A DNA stretch of 63,675 bases from Takakia lepidozioides (lineage: Eukaryota > Plantae > Bryophyta). The stretch is from NCBI GenBank assembly GCA_030704615.1, contig CM060731.1, forward strand, positions 70,618,001 through 70,681,675, given 5' to 3'. Each line of letters opens with the position of its first letter. Within the stretch, counting starts at the first letter, position 1. Shown in pieces: positions 36,586 through 50,400 of the stretch. The position numbers and the translations under genes are program-made. A model generated the notes under the pieces. That model saw only the letters and a list, made by a program, of their open reading frames with translations. It had not been told where the DNA came from and made no database searches.

Positions 36586-39500
36586 TCAGAGGCGTCTGTA
36601 TAAAATTCTATATATTTTTTCTCCTTGGGCTATAGCATGTATCTCTCGCTCCGTGGCCACTCCAAGGGGGTTTTCCTTAAGCCATCCATCCTCATCATAC
36701 AAAGTCAAATCAGGCACTTGCAGGAGACATCTGTCATTTTGTTCGTCGAACTGGTCTCTCATATCCACAGCCACTTCCTCCACATCTGACTGAAGGAATA
36801 TCTGCAAAACTACCAGAATTATGCAAGTCAGCACCCACACTACAATCAAACTTTTACAAAACAAAATTGGAAATAGTCGAGTGTTTGGGTAGCAAATCTA
36901 TCGTCATACAACATTAAGCGCTGGCAGCAACAAATGGGACACAAGTGATAAGGTTGGCTCTCTAGCATGAAAAGAGGAAACCCTTATTTCTCTAAACTAT
37001 AGACATGACACGAACCTGCAACCTCTCTTGCCATGGGCAAATCACTCAGTGTGATCTACTGGGCGTTTTCAAGCAGAGGAGTAAGCATTTACATGTACAA
37101 TTCTTGTCTCCACTGTATTCCTATCTCTGTGGTGTTGTTGAAGAAAGCTGACCTGACCACCAGGTGTTAGGTGTTTGACAACTGCATCCACCAAGGACTT
37201 CTGCACAATGCGCCTCTTTCGGTGCCTCATCTTGAAATGTGGGTCGGGACACTTTGCACAAACCCCAGTGTTCATCACTAACAGACCCTAACATTTCATT
37301 CCGAGAGATCCAACTGTACGCTTGCACATGAGCTTGACACAAGATCACAAACTTCCAAGTACAAGTAGAGGAGGATGGGCATTGTAACATGACCGATGAA
37401 AGAAAGAAGTTGAAACAGTTATTTGGGCAGCTCTGCCAGAGTATCGGATCACTATATTATATTTCTCCCTTGTCAGGCTTCAGAACTCGGCCCTCCCTCC
37501 TAGTGGAAACCAGAAAAGGACATAGCACTGGCTTCTCATTGCACTCCTTGACATTTCATAGTATTATACAAAGAAGCTAATTTTACATTTCTAGTGTTAA
37601 CAACAGATCTTGACCATATGGCAAGAAGCCGCAAAAGCTGAAGAAATTGCAAAATGGAGGAGCCACATACAGGGAAACGCAATCAACATATGGATAGACT
37701 TACAAGAATGGAAACGAGAGTTAGCTTGCCCGGATACGTGGACAATATTGCATCCAATCCTACAGTCGCATTGGCAACCATGAAGTGTCTGCAATGAAAA
37801 AATTGACAAAAATGAACACAAGCAAGGTGTTCGAACCCAACCGAATGGCAACTGACTGACTTTGGAGTCACGTATCAAATCTAAACTATTTGCAATCTAC
37901 CTCTTTCCATCATGCTTGTCTCAATGAGTGGTATGGATTTCACATGTGGCAAATGCATGCATCTCATTGGAATGTTGCCCATTACTTGCAACAAATCGAA
38001 TAAGGTACCAGTGGCTGACAAAAGATGACTTTAGGCATGACCTCAAGAGTAATTAACTCACATATTGGAAAGGCTGAGCTCCTCCACCCAAAGCTTTGAC
38101 CGTTGTAATAACTGATGAGACAGAAATTGGTAGATCAATATCCACGACTGCCTCTAAGCACATTTGCTTGTGTGGCAAACACACAAATTCAATGGCAATA
38201 AATGCAAGTGAATTATGATGCCCAAAGGTACAAACCAACCTTATGAACTCCACGTCTACTGCCTCTAAGCTTGCTGATGCATCTTCTTTTGGAAACCCAT
38301 TTTTTAAACTAACCTTTTAATTATTTCACTACAATGACAGATTGCCGATGTACTTAAGTCTACCATGATCACACCCGCATGACTTCTATCAAGGAGCCTG
38401 AATCACAACACCCAAAAAGATCCATGGCAATTAATGACACCAAGAAAGGAATTGCAAGCACCTTCTCCCGGACATCGAGCCCCAAGAAGTTACAAGACCC
38501 CAAGCTTCTCTTGGCCAACACCATCAGAAATCTGCCACTCCCTGTAGATGACATTAGTGATACTGAACACTTCGAATGTTCAAGCAGATTGGTGCCACGA
38601 ATCCTCGACATGAGTGTGTTAAGAGAGAGTAAAGAAGGTTACTAGCAAAACTTCATCTTATACATATTATACATAATGGACACATGCCATCTACCTATAA
38701 TGTCTCCTCTGTCTAACTTTAGAGTCAGCATAGAATGAAATTTACCATTGATCGAATTGAATCACAGCTTCCCGCCTTTATTTCAAATTTCTAACATAAT
38801 AAGCAATGCCGCAAAGAATACTACTTCAGAAAACTACTAACTATTTGCACCAGTAAACATACCACAACCGATGTCCACCATGAGTGGCAATGTTGGATCT
38901 GCAAACTCTGTTTCCCATGCAGGCGGGATTACAGGTGCCTGTTCCATACACAAACACATCAAAAAATTGGGTATTCTTACAATGCAGAAGGCTCTACACA
39001 TTTAAACTTCAAGTGTGTGGGTGATTCATGAAGGTAAACAGACAGATGTGTGTGAGTGATCTGTTTGTGCACTTGCCAGCTTAATCATCCATATATTGTT
39101 TCTCTTCTAATGAAGGTACTTTGCATAGGTCCATTACTGCACCTTTCATACAACCTTCACATACTTGGATAAATCCAACACAAGTTCTTTTGACAGAGGA
39201 AGATGCGGAGTAAGATGCACAAAAACCTGCCTTGCTACACCTGAAAGAAACAGCATGCTAGTGAAAAACCTCAGTGCAATGATACCCTGCATCCCTACCT
39301 GAGCAGGCATGCAAAAGAAGCCCACCAGAGAACATCAACTTGCTCTTTGTACCAATTTTGCATTGACTCGCCCAAAAGCCCCGGTGTCTTACCATCAGAG
39401 ATGCTTTGAGCGGGTTAACGTGTTGGCGAACCCTCACACCTCCCACCTGCCAGCCGCTCTCACCATGCTTTTGTTATCTGAAAGATGCACTTGCTCTGCT

Positions 39501-39890
39501 AAGCACTGTGAAAATTGCAGATGTTGGCGACCACAATTTCAGAAGAACGACTTCTGGTGTATACATCTTCTGTGGGACCCTAAATGGAGCGATTGAGAAG
39601 GAATTGACACCCCGCTCAGGCAATGCAAGCATGAGATGTTCAGAAAGGCTGAAGGTGCAAGTGCCCACCTGATGCTGGATAGATTTCAACTCCAGCTCAG
39701 CATATGTCTGGTCCACCAAGACTGATGTGTTTAAATCCGCTGCACACCGCACTCCCCAGCAGCTGTGGAAGAGTCGCTGACGACGACTGGCTGGCATCAG
39801 CTGCAAGCACTCAGGCCATGCTGCTGGCCAAGCACGCCGTGCACAAGCCATTCCCGCCATGGCCTGCTGCGCGAAGCACGGTACAGGCAT
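36586..39890 (-). CDS. trmB: tRNA (guanine-N7)-methyltransferase TrmB, organellar type with N-terminal transit-like extension; 8 exons
   Basis: Exons at about 39669-39890, 39393-39446 (VRVRQHVNPL), 38863-38938 (PLMVDIGC), 38463-38542 (GSGRFL...NFLGLDVREK), 38062-38111, 37703-37788 (HFMVANA), 37153-37251 (CPDPHFKMRHRKRR) and 36586-36801 (IFLQSDVEEVA...NPLGVATERE). Start codon uncertain. Confidence 0.9.
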
Positions 39891-40959
39891 CCCCTCCAGT
39901 GCAGAAGTTCTGTGGGACTCTTCGAGAAGGTAGCAATCACGAGCGGGACGAAGCTACCTCTGATCCGTAGTGCTGTGTCTGCTATGCGTTGAGTGCCATA
40001 CATGGCTTGATATGTCACTCATCTTTACCGTACCTTACCTCAACACGATTGCTGTTGCCTGCCCATCAGCTACCTATCAAAACTCAACAACCGGATTGTT
40101 GCCATGGCAACGCAGCCATCAACACACTGTTCTCAAGCTGGTACAGGTGGTCAAGCTACGCTTCTTCTTCAGAGCACACCTTCCAGAAAGATCATCCATC
40201 ATTCCTCCATTTACAGAGGAAGCAGGTGCAATTCCAGTCAGAAGGACAGACCCGAGTTAGCTGCTTCAACTACACTTGACGAGAAGAGCAGTATTAAACA
40301 CAAGGACCCTCGGAGCTCAGTGCATTGTTTCTGACGGTTTGTATTTCGAAAATAAACGGAGCAGAGGAAAGAACTGTAGGGATAGCGGGTGCCCGGTCCC
40401 CAAGCAAGGTGAAAGAGAGGGAGAGAGGTTTAGGGTCTTTGCAACGCACAGCTGGCTGTTTGCAGTTTTTCAACAGGTCCATTTTTTATCAGTCTCCCAT
40501 TCATCAATATGCAAATCAAATTTGCTTTCTGAAAACTTGACCATGATGAAAACCTTACGAGATACATATCCAGCTAATGTTACCTTCGTCTTTGAATCTT
40601 TACTGACAATGGATTTGCATTTGATCAGTTCACAGGAAGATCAATCAATCAATGCCAGACCCTATTTCCAAGATAATTTGCCAGAAAGAATATAGATTAC
40701 AGTCTCGAGCTATACTATTCAGAGCAATCACCATGACTACTGATGGCTTTGGTGGCCGTACCAGTGCCCAAGTTCAGACCTTTGCTCCACATTATGTACT
40801 AAGCTTCCCATACCAGTGAATTTCAAACTACAGTCCCTCCTTTCATGCACCTGGCAAAGTGGGGTTGTTTCTCAACCCATGGACCAGCATTGCCAGCCAA
40901 TCCTACTCTATGTATCCCAGTGCTTTCTCACTTGCAGAAGGAGTTGTAGAGACTCGACA

Positions 40960-43900
40960 TCAGAAAGGTGTGAGACCACGATAAGCAGGGGCAGACATGA
41001 GTGACAAAATTTCGGTGACGGATGCCATGGAACTGAGGGCAGCCTTTAGTACCTCCCCTGAGCACCCAGGTTTCACTATCTCCTTCACCTGCAAGTGTCA
41101 ACAACACATTGTAGAATGTCAGTTAAACACTATTAAGCCATGTAAGCTGTTTCATTTTATTCATTTAGAATGCGAAGATTGAACTCAAAAAGGAGTGCAG
41201 AATGCATGCAACAATTCAGTAGAACCATGTTCAAGATTATACTCAAATCAAAACACACAAGGAAAAAACAACACCTAACACTAGGTTATTTCTGCCCTCA
41301 CCAAGGCATAGTTTCGTTGCCATCCAGGTCTGAAGGAATTAAATAACACTGATGGACATCAGAAACAAAGCATGCCACTCACTCTCTGCAAACCTGGCAC
41401 AACATGCAACCGCTGTCTGTACAGAGAGAATCTAAGGTGGCAATGTGCTCATTAGAGTGATAGACTTCATGACAAACGTCACCTTCTCAAGATAAGCACA
41501 TAGCTCTTGAATTTTTCCAATGTAGTCATGGTCTGCATCGACTGACAGAGTCAGCGTTATCAAACCAGAACCAGGCCCATCAAATTGGATAGGACCTGGA
41601 TTCCTATATAAGTCCTCCATCAGCCATGCATTTGCATTCTGTGTCAGCACCCTGCTCAGGCAAGTAAACGAGGTTATAGACATACCTCAGAGGTAGTTCC
41701 AAAGTGACAAATTGCGGCAAAACTTAGTTCACAAAGCACTGAAGAAGCTGCCATGTGCAGACAGTTTTATGAGACACCTAAGAAACATTATCAGCCTATG
41801 TTACAAACACTTCTGAGCCTTCAGCTTTCTGAAGGGCTTGCATGTGCATCACAGTTCTGAAAGCAATCATCAGTAGAGAAAAGGCAAATTGCTTTTGAAG
41901 AGAATTTGTTAATACAAAGGAATGGCTCGGGTTGCAAAGTTTACTCATAGGGTTTGCCCTTCAAGTCCACTTTGGCACGGTGAACCGCAGGCTTGCCAAT
42001 TTGAGAGACACCAGGGCCCCTTAGCCACCTCTTCACAGTCATCATTGCCTGGACAGATCCGACTTTGTCAGGTGCCCATAATACTTTCTTTGCAGAAATA
42101 TAAGTAGCAACCACACATATAGAAGACCCCTCTCTATCCACATCCTTGAGAAAATAGTGTGGTCCCTATGAGAGAGGAAGGAGGGCCAGAGGTGTACAGT
42201 GATAGGCGCTCCACCACAACGCCACTGTGACGCAGGTTGCTTCAAGTTGGAGACAGTGGCCACGTAGCCATTGAGCCCAGCATCTGCTAAGTAGTATGCA
42301 GTTCGACCCAGCACCTGTTCTCATATACTTACAGCATTAGCAATCTTCCTGGCTCTTTCAGAGTTGATTGATCACATCAGCTCATCAGACAAAATTGAAA
42401 ACGAATTTTGTACGTACATAGGCATAATCACAGTCAAAATTGGAAGGTAGTGATCCCCGGGCTTGATAACCAAAAAAGTGGCAAATGGCATTGAATTTCT
42501 TCCCCTTGTAGATGCCTGCCTTCTGCAGCCAAAAAACCAACCTTGTCAGAGGTAGCTCTCCAATAGGATTTCCTTGGTAACAGAGTCCATGATTCCAGGA
42601 TGAAAGGACTTATTTTGGTAGGGGTTCCTGCAGCAGATACTACGCTGTACAGGCATGCCAAGGCTTTGAGATGAAGCTGAAAAGGCGTTGTGTGAAGACC
42701 ATAATGGAGCAATAAAACAAAATTTAGACAGCATACCGTGCGTCTTGTTATTTCTGTGTCAACCAACTGTGCCAATAGCTTTTCTGTCTCAATCTGTTAC
42801 AACAGATAACCACCACTTAGCCAACTTTTCTATAGTCATGTCAGATCTCCTCCTCCATACTACACTACAAACCTAGTTGTGGGATATCTGACTGAGGATA
42901 CCAATAACCAGACTAAACAAAACAAGTGCAGCCTGTAGTACGACTCCTCAGGATAGAAAACATCAGAGTCTCTCAAGCAATCAAGGTACAACCCTTCTCT
43001 TCTGCTATACATACCTACATCCAACAGCAATGCACTGTAGCCAGTTACAACATCAGACCTCCACTAACCCTCCAACACTGATAGCCTTTCTACGCCCAAC
43101 AGTAGGTCAGGAACCCCCCTTTTCCAAGATAGTCTCAGATGAGGACAGGTATATATGGGACCTCTCCTTATGAGCCTAGAACTGTTGCCGTTAAACATAA
43201 TTCACATCAACCATCACCCTGGCATCTGTATCTGGGTGATTGCAGGTCCAAATGACAGGTTTCCCATATCAGGGCTCTTCTTGACTGTCCTCAACTTCTC
43301 TCACTACATGTAAGATTTCATGCTTCCATGAACACATATTTCGGTCTCCAGATAATTCACCAGTTCTTCTAGGCTGGTCCAGTAGGGGAAGAAGCTGAAA
43401 GACTATTCGAGCCAATCTCATAACTGAAGTAAACCAACAACCCAGAACAAGGCATCATTACCTGAGACAATTGCACAGAACCATCTGATTCTCGGTCCAA
43501 TAACAGCTGCACCCAAACATGCCCTGGCGTGACTCCTTAGAAACTTACATTAATGGATCTATGGGATACTCTCACCAGAGAGTCACCCTCTTCAAGAACA
43601 TAAAGAGCATTGTTGCCGCACCTCTGTTCACCAACTTTGAAAATCTTGAGGCTGAGCCTAAAGCCCTGGTCCTGTTGGGGTCTAATTGCTGGGCAGCTCA
43701 CACACAGCAGGTTAATGCTTGTGTGAAGGGCTTTCTAGAGGATATCTGGAAAACCCAAATTGTCTTTATGAAGGTAAGTCTTACTACCGGAGTGCGCCCC
43801 TAACAAAAGGTGCGTTTGTAGCCTTTTAATCCACCCAAACTGGGTGCGGGATCTATGGCCACAATGCTACGGCAAACAACGTCTTACGAGTATATTATGG

Positions 43901-46900
43901 AATCTACTTTGAGACTAGAGTCGAATGAGATAGAAAGACATCTCCATTTGGAAAGGTCAAGCCTGCTTCTTCAACGCAGAAAAATTATTGAGGGGGGTAG
44001 AAGACGTTCCCATGCAAACCTGCTTTTTAATGAACGGAGGCAGAAACTCAAACAGTGCAGCGGCCCATGGTGACAGCAGTGACGAGATATTTTCCACACT
44101 CACATCTTGCTTCAATAAACTGTTGATTTCCTGATGCCCACCCCAAAATGCTTTTCTTCATCTCCATAGGACACATCCTACGATAGATACCAAAAGCATC
44201 TCCTTCAACATGTCCACAGAAGATAACAACCACTTATAAAAGAAATGAGGCTTACTTGCAGCAGGGCATAAAATTCTGGAATGTTTTCAATGAGACCCTC
44301 TGGTAAAAGGATTACACCATGGTATTTGCCTGCATATTCAACCCCACCTTCAGCTCAAAAGACTGACCTTTTCCAAGCAGAATAATAATAAAGAAGTGAG
44401 AACAAGTTGAAGCCAGCAATCCTTGCTCAAATAGAACACTGACCATCATATTTGTACTAAGATCTACCACCCAAACATTCCCTATCACGAAACTACAGGT
44501 CCTCTTCTCCCCTCAATTTCCAAGTGCATAACAAAAATTTGCTAGGTGAATTTAATCTACCATGCTCTGCTCGGGCTTGAATGGCATCACAAATCTGCTT
44601 TGTGACATCAAATAAAGTCATTTTGGATGTTGCCACCTCCTCACCAAGAATGACCTGCACTCCAGCAATGCTGCTCTGGTCAATGCTACCAACAAACATA
44701 CAAATTGTAAATCCAGTTCACCAAGCATGCTATAGAACCGAGGATGGAAACGTAAGAAAAAATTGCTTAAGAGAGAGGTTTTCATACCATGTTGGCATGT
44801 GACTGAAGAGCACATTCCAAAGTGACATGAGATGCCTGCCTTCCCATCAGCCTAATGAAGTAGTAGTACTGCATGCCCATATCAGCATACCAACTCCACA
44901 GTGAGGGTCTAGGCACTCGTCTGAATTGTTACAGAGGTGTGTCTAGCAAGGGTTCCCAGGAAAAGTCAATGGCAAAGGGCCACAAGTGGATCATATGCCG
45001 GAATTTCAGTCTACCATTGGAAAGGATTTACCTTTTCTGCAGACAAAGCATCCGTGCAAATGTTGCTGATAAGCTGTGAGTAAACCTGCCATACACCCCA
45101 ACTTCTTTGTGTTATTGCCATAGTTCAACTCTTACCCGACTTCGCTCCTCAGCTTCATCTAAGTCTTTCACACCCACAACACCTGGTAGATCGGGCAACT
45201 TTAGCAGAGCATGAGACTGATTGCATGTCAATGGCAGCCACTGTCAACGTCTTCACCAGACAGGCATCATCCGTCGGTAAGGAAACCAAGCTCTGAACAC
45301 TCTAATTAAGCAATATATAAAAGCCTGAGACAAGGATGGTCATCCTTCAAAGGTCAGCAGAAGAAGCCAGTGGACAATCACTCTTTAACATCCGCTGGAT
45401 TGAACATACAGATTTACAAAATGATCTTCGAGGTGGGATGAGTTTCCAAGGCCTCCTCAATGGACAGGTCACGACAATTTGCGTTTGCAATTAGAAACCA
45501 CTGTCTGACACACATGTCCTACCTTGCAGGTAGTGTCAAAACCCACATCCGTCTCAACAAACTGGTTCTTCAAATCTCCATCAATTGTTACAGGCACTCC
45601 AATCACCTGTGCAACATGGAGAAACAAGCTTTGTAATCCATTATTCCTCATTCAGGATTGATCCAAAGATGACATACTAATGCATGAGTCAGGATACTAC
45701 CAGGTCTCGATGCTTGCAATGAACCTGCTGCCATGACCCTTTCGTGGACTATGCACAGGCCAGATGTACGCTAGTAGGATGGTATCCCTCACAGACTTTC
45801 AGTAACTCCAGACAGTATGAGAAAGAGAAACAGCATGACATTGAATAAACAGGACACATAACATAAAGCACAAAATAGCATAGCAAATGCACCTTAGTTG
45901 AACATCCAGTGGCGGCAAAAGTTTCTGCTAACTGTGCGGCATCCGTATTTGTGCCACACCCTGCCACAAATCCAGCCACAACCTTCAGAGATGAGGATCG
46001 ACTTAAATCAGGCTGCCCTTATTTCCTTAAAACCTATTGCAATTTGCAGATACTAATGGCGATGATGATACGGCCAACATACATGCAATCTCAGGGCAGT
46101 TACATAACTTTCTGGTAACCAACTACTCCCAAAAGCACTCAAAACTACCACTTAAGGGTAAAACTTGCCTCCAACAAGTACAAGGCCATCCAGCTTCAAA
46201 GCCTGACAGGCTGCCTGTGAGTCATTGACTTGCTGCATGGACCTTATCTGGTCCTTTGTTCGCCCCAGCAAATCATAGCCTCCTGTACAGCCCTTAACAT
46301 CACATCCAACAGGGGTCAAGTTTTCTCCTTAAATCCGTGGAAGAAGCTCCAGCGGTTCCAGCAGAACCTCCCATTACTTGTAACTCTTGCAAAGCAATAT
46401 GCTGTCCATGGACATCACGATGATGAGTAAACTTACAAGGACATTTTTGCCAGCAGTAAGACAAAACAGAAATGTTAAAATCATGTGTGATGCAATGAAA
46501 GACTACATGAGGATAGCACTTTTGGACAAACCTGTACTATCCATCAGCTGTGCTGTGTATATCAACTACAGATTTGCAAAGATTAATCCACATTTGTCAT
46601 TGGAGTGGGCCAAAGACGGTGACAATCTTTCCATGAGGTAGCCGATACTAACAATGAGAGGCAGGAGAAGCACTGTACCCTGATTACGGTAATCGGTAAG
46701 CAGCTCTTCGGTAATCTCCAAAGTTTTTTGAGCAAATAGACCTTCAGATCCTCCTGGTATTTATTCAAGCATGCTTGACGATGTCAGTTTGTGAGGCTCC
46801 AGCAGATCTAGCAACTTCCAAGATCCGGACCAAAAAATAAGGCTGATGCTACTTGTTACCAGGTTGCTTGGTGTAATACAAGGACACCGATACTATAGCA

Positions 46901-47916
46901 CTATTTCTAAAACCATAGGACACATCTATTGCATGGTTCACCAATATAAGTCACATTGTGGTCCTTTGCTGTTTAAGATAAATTAGGACAAGTCATTTTA
47001 ATCCGTAAGAATTCACACTAGGCCCAGCATTCCCAATTTGCCATTCAGTGGCAGAGTTGAACAAGTGAAATCCATCAAATATGTTCACCTACAGATTTCT
47101 ACAATGCTGCATCGTTGATCACACTTACCAACAAATCCAATCAGTGTGCTTCCAGAGTTGTGCATCTTCAGGGCATCAAACAAACCAGAAATAATATTAT
47201 GGCCTCCAGGCGATTGCCGTCCACAGAAGACAACACCCAATCTGCACCCACCAAAAGAGGGCGTCATTTGTCGCTGTTGTATGATTATTCCCAAGGTTTA
47301 ACTGATACAACAACATTGAACCAGAAAGAAAAGCTCTGGAATAGAGAAGAACGTCAATTAGCTGACTGACAAACCTTAAAGGTGAGTGCTTTACTGCACC
47401 ATCATCAGAAGCAGCAGAAGTCAGCAACTGCACTAAAGGCCGACCGTATGTTAGAGGATACGCCCGACTTATTGCCAGTGCATCGGATGGATCGGATGCC
47501 GTAGTAGAATCCCCCTTCACGACCTTCGCATTGCCCCCCTGCAGAATCACGATACAGCATAAGTCCACGCACCACTGAACCCCACAAAGGTGCGCGATTT
47601 GCGTCAACGGAAAATTAGATGTGATGCTGCACTCGCCCATCGCATCTGGAGTAGGATGGCATTCTGTGAAGCGTGGGCTGTTTCGTAATTGATCAGTATT
47701 GCATTGTGCCTATACGTGATTTGGAAACACATCCCTCACTTTAAATTCCCATTTCCTGATACATAAATTACACCCGATCGACCTCACCAGGCCCTGCAGG
47801 GCACAGTTCTCAAGATCATGAGATAAAAAGACCCATACCTGGAATACGGGAGGCAGTTTGGGTTCATAACTTCTGCGCAAACTTGGAAGCCCTTGCAGTT
47901 TTGTTGGCAGCCCCAT
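40960..47916 (-). CDS. PFP-ALPHA: Pyrophosphate--fructose-6-phosphate 1-phosphotransferase alpha subunit; 19 exons, apparently intact
   Basis: MGLPTKLQ...PPVFQ; [14 protein letters not shown]; [13 protein letters not shown]; [12 protein letters not shown]; [17 protein letters not shown]; [13 protein letters not shown]; PEGLIE; QIETEKLL; [22 protein letters not shown]; [13 protein letters not shown]; [19 protein letters not shown] introns plus one GC-AG. Stop at 40960-40962. Confidence 0.95.
43555..43900 (+). mobile_element. LINE 3'-end fragment, copy B, antisense inside a PFP-alpha intron
   Basis: [36 protein letters not shown]...FLEDIWK. Matches copies A and C. Lies between exons 44020-44130 and 43462-43506. 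Confidence 0.75.
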
Positions 47917-49339
47917 CCTTCCTCTTCCTTCTCTCTCTCTCTCTCTCTCGCCCTCACTCACCACTCCTGGGGAATTGAGTCAGCAGTGTTTAGGCCCAGG
48001 CCGGGCGGGAGGTGCGAGGCACAAAGGATGCTCCGTCGATAAGATTGCATATACTAGGGAATATATCATCCGTTCACAACGTAACCTAACCCTGGTCTAG
48101 CCAGGTTTAAGGAATGGCAACCAGACCCCAGTGCATCAAGAAAGATAATAATGGGCACCAAAAAAAAGAGAAAAAAAGGCTAGTGAGGTGAAATCTCTTT
48201 GCAGGGTAAAATGATATCGTAAAAAGCGTGGCTTTTACTCCACGCAAAAGAAGCGGTCCCAGCGCTGCATTCTTTGAGAAACTTATTAGGGTTACCCCCG
48301 GGATCGGCTCCTCAGAGTTTCAATCAGAGCATCGCTATTCGAGGTCATGCTACAGCGGGCAGAGGTGGGGTGGCGAAAACTGGGTACGCATGGAGGATGC
48401 CGTTATGAAAGCATGATCAGGTCACCATGTTTTGTGAATGCATTACTTGGAGTCCTGCACAAAGATAGGATTCTCTTTCTTCCTTCTATCTTGTTTTTTC
48501 AAACTGGTTAAAAGACTCACGTTGCTTAGCCCGTAATGTGCAAGCTGAGGAATAACGTGCAGAGCGGTTGAGGGTTTAGGGTGCGAGGTACAGTAACTCA
48601 CTTGTGTGGAGGTTGATAGGGTACAAACATGATCTTAACTCTCAGACAGGAGGCGTCTTTGCAAAGACCTTTGGTGAGTCCCGAAATTGCAAATCCATCA
48701 CCAATTGTGAACGGTCACGGTTGTCTTTTGGTAACTGTAGAGCTCTGCCAAGATCTTAAGTTAGCTGTGCTTGCTGTTCATGGTGCTCTCCCTGTGAAAG
48801 AACTGTATGATGTTCACAGGGAGCTCTGAATGACTTCTACTGAGAGAGTCACGGGACTGTAATATTACAGCACAAAGTTGTGGAGTTGAAGTTGCAGCTG
48901 TGGAAAGATGGGTATGTTGCAGTGCATGATCTGCTACAGCTCCAGATGAGAACCAGGGCTGGTCTTCCCTTACATTCTCATGCCATTGACAATGTGTGCC
49001 AGGTATGCCACATACTGACAGAATTCAAATTTTAGTTGCCATGCGCACCCTGCTGGAGAACTATTGGAAGCCTGTTGCAGTGCCTTGAAAAATCCTTTGA
49101 ATTGATTGGATTTTGACTAAGTTTAATCAGTTGGATCGACATCAGCACCTCATTTTGAACCGATCTTTTAAAAGTACAATTTCAATACATTTTGGTTTCA
49201 GAACACCAACTTTGGTAGTTACATTTCGTAAGGATCCTTCCATTTCAAGGAAGCGCGCATCTGGCTGGTGGCTCAGTTATAAGGTTTTGATAAGGCATAT
49301 GATATGTGACTGCTGGTCTCAGGCCTCTACTTTCTACCT

Positions 49340-50400
49340 GAGCCCCTTTCCTTCCTACAGCAGATTTTCTTCTTGGGGTTGGAAAGGACACTCGTTCTAG
49401 CAGCCAGGGCACCCGTCTAATACACAGCAATTGCAATGGCTGATGGTGTTATGTAGAATTGAATGGAGATGCTACAGCAGATGACTTGATGATTGGCTTG
49501 TTGGAGGGAGTGCATGTCACATATGAGAGATAGATGGATTCTATCTGGGAGCATGGATTGAGTGGAATGGAACGCAATCATGTCCACTTTGCCACTGGTT
49601 TGCAAAAGGAAGATGGTGTCGTTAGTGGTAAGTTTCCTCCATGTCTGTCTACAGTGGGATTTTCTCCCTTTCCTACAGACAGGCATGCACCCTCCCACAG
49701 TTGTTTTTCAACTTGAATTGAAGACCACTAGGCTTCTCTTGGTTGTGAGAGAGATGATAGTCACCCCATGGGGAGGAACTGTTTGTAAATCAAACCATTG
49801 CAGCTTACAAATCTATCTTCAGAATATTGTACAATCGTATCATCCACAATACTGAAACTGGCGAGTGGGCCTGCAAAAGTTGAAGGACTGTGATGGGATT
49901 GACAGGAATGCTATCAACATGTGAAATTCTCATCTACTTAGATCTGGAGAAAGCAATGAACAATACATTGATAATTGCCTGCTATATACCAGTCTCAATG
50001 GCATTGCTTTTGCAGCTTAATAACATAGCTTTGATCATTGTGAGTGGAACGGAAGGCCAGATGTTGATTTACACATGATATGTGGGCCTCAAAATGTGAA
50101 GTTTTCATCCACTTGAGTGGAGAAGGTAGTTACTACTTGCCTGCTACATGCTCCCTCATTGTCAGTGAAATAGGTGCAGTATTGATGTACGTAATGTCTG
50201 GGCCTTCAAGCCTGTAGCATGGGTGATTGCAATTTTTAGTGTTCACCTCTCTTGCAAAGCTGCAGATTTTGAGAAGAAGGGAGGCTGGTCTCGTCTGGCA
50301 TGTGCAGATAATATGAAGCTGCACATTTCCGAAAATTGAGTGGTGTTAACAGAAGGCTTTAATGGAGTAGTGTCACCCCAGCACTTGCTAAAGTGATGAA
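49340..50400 (+). pseudogene. TPT1: tRNA 2'-phosphotransferase (Tpt1/KptA) pseudogene
   Basis: RFS.....GHSF*..SQG; VHVTYER*MDSIWEHGLSGMERNHVHFATGLQKEDGVVSG|GTAAG; acceptor then GMLSTCEILIYLDLEKAM; acceptor then DNMKLHISEN*VVLTEGFNGVVSPQHL. This is the Tpt1 HGT / R.H.H / SGMR / S.N.V.LT motif series, with stops and an HGT>HVT change. Confidence 0.8.

Noticed and set aside
38110-38128. CTGATGAGACAGAAA minimal hammerhead
   Set aside because: It is the antisense of a TrmB splice acceptor, and there are no stems.
36586-50400. Functional cluster of tRNA-processing genes (TrmB plus Tpt1)
   Set aside because: They are separated by PFP-alpha, on opposite strands, and Tpt1 is dead. Coincidence cannot be excluded.
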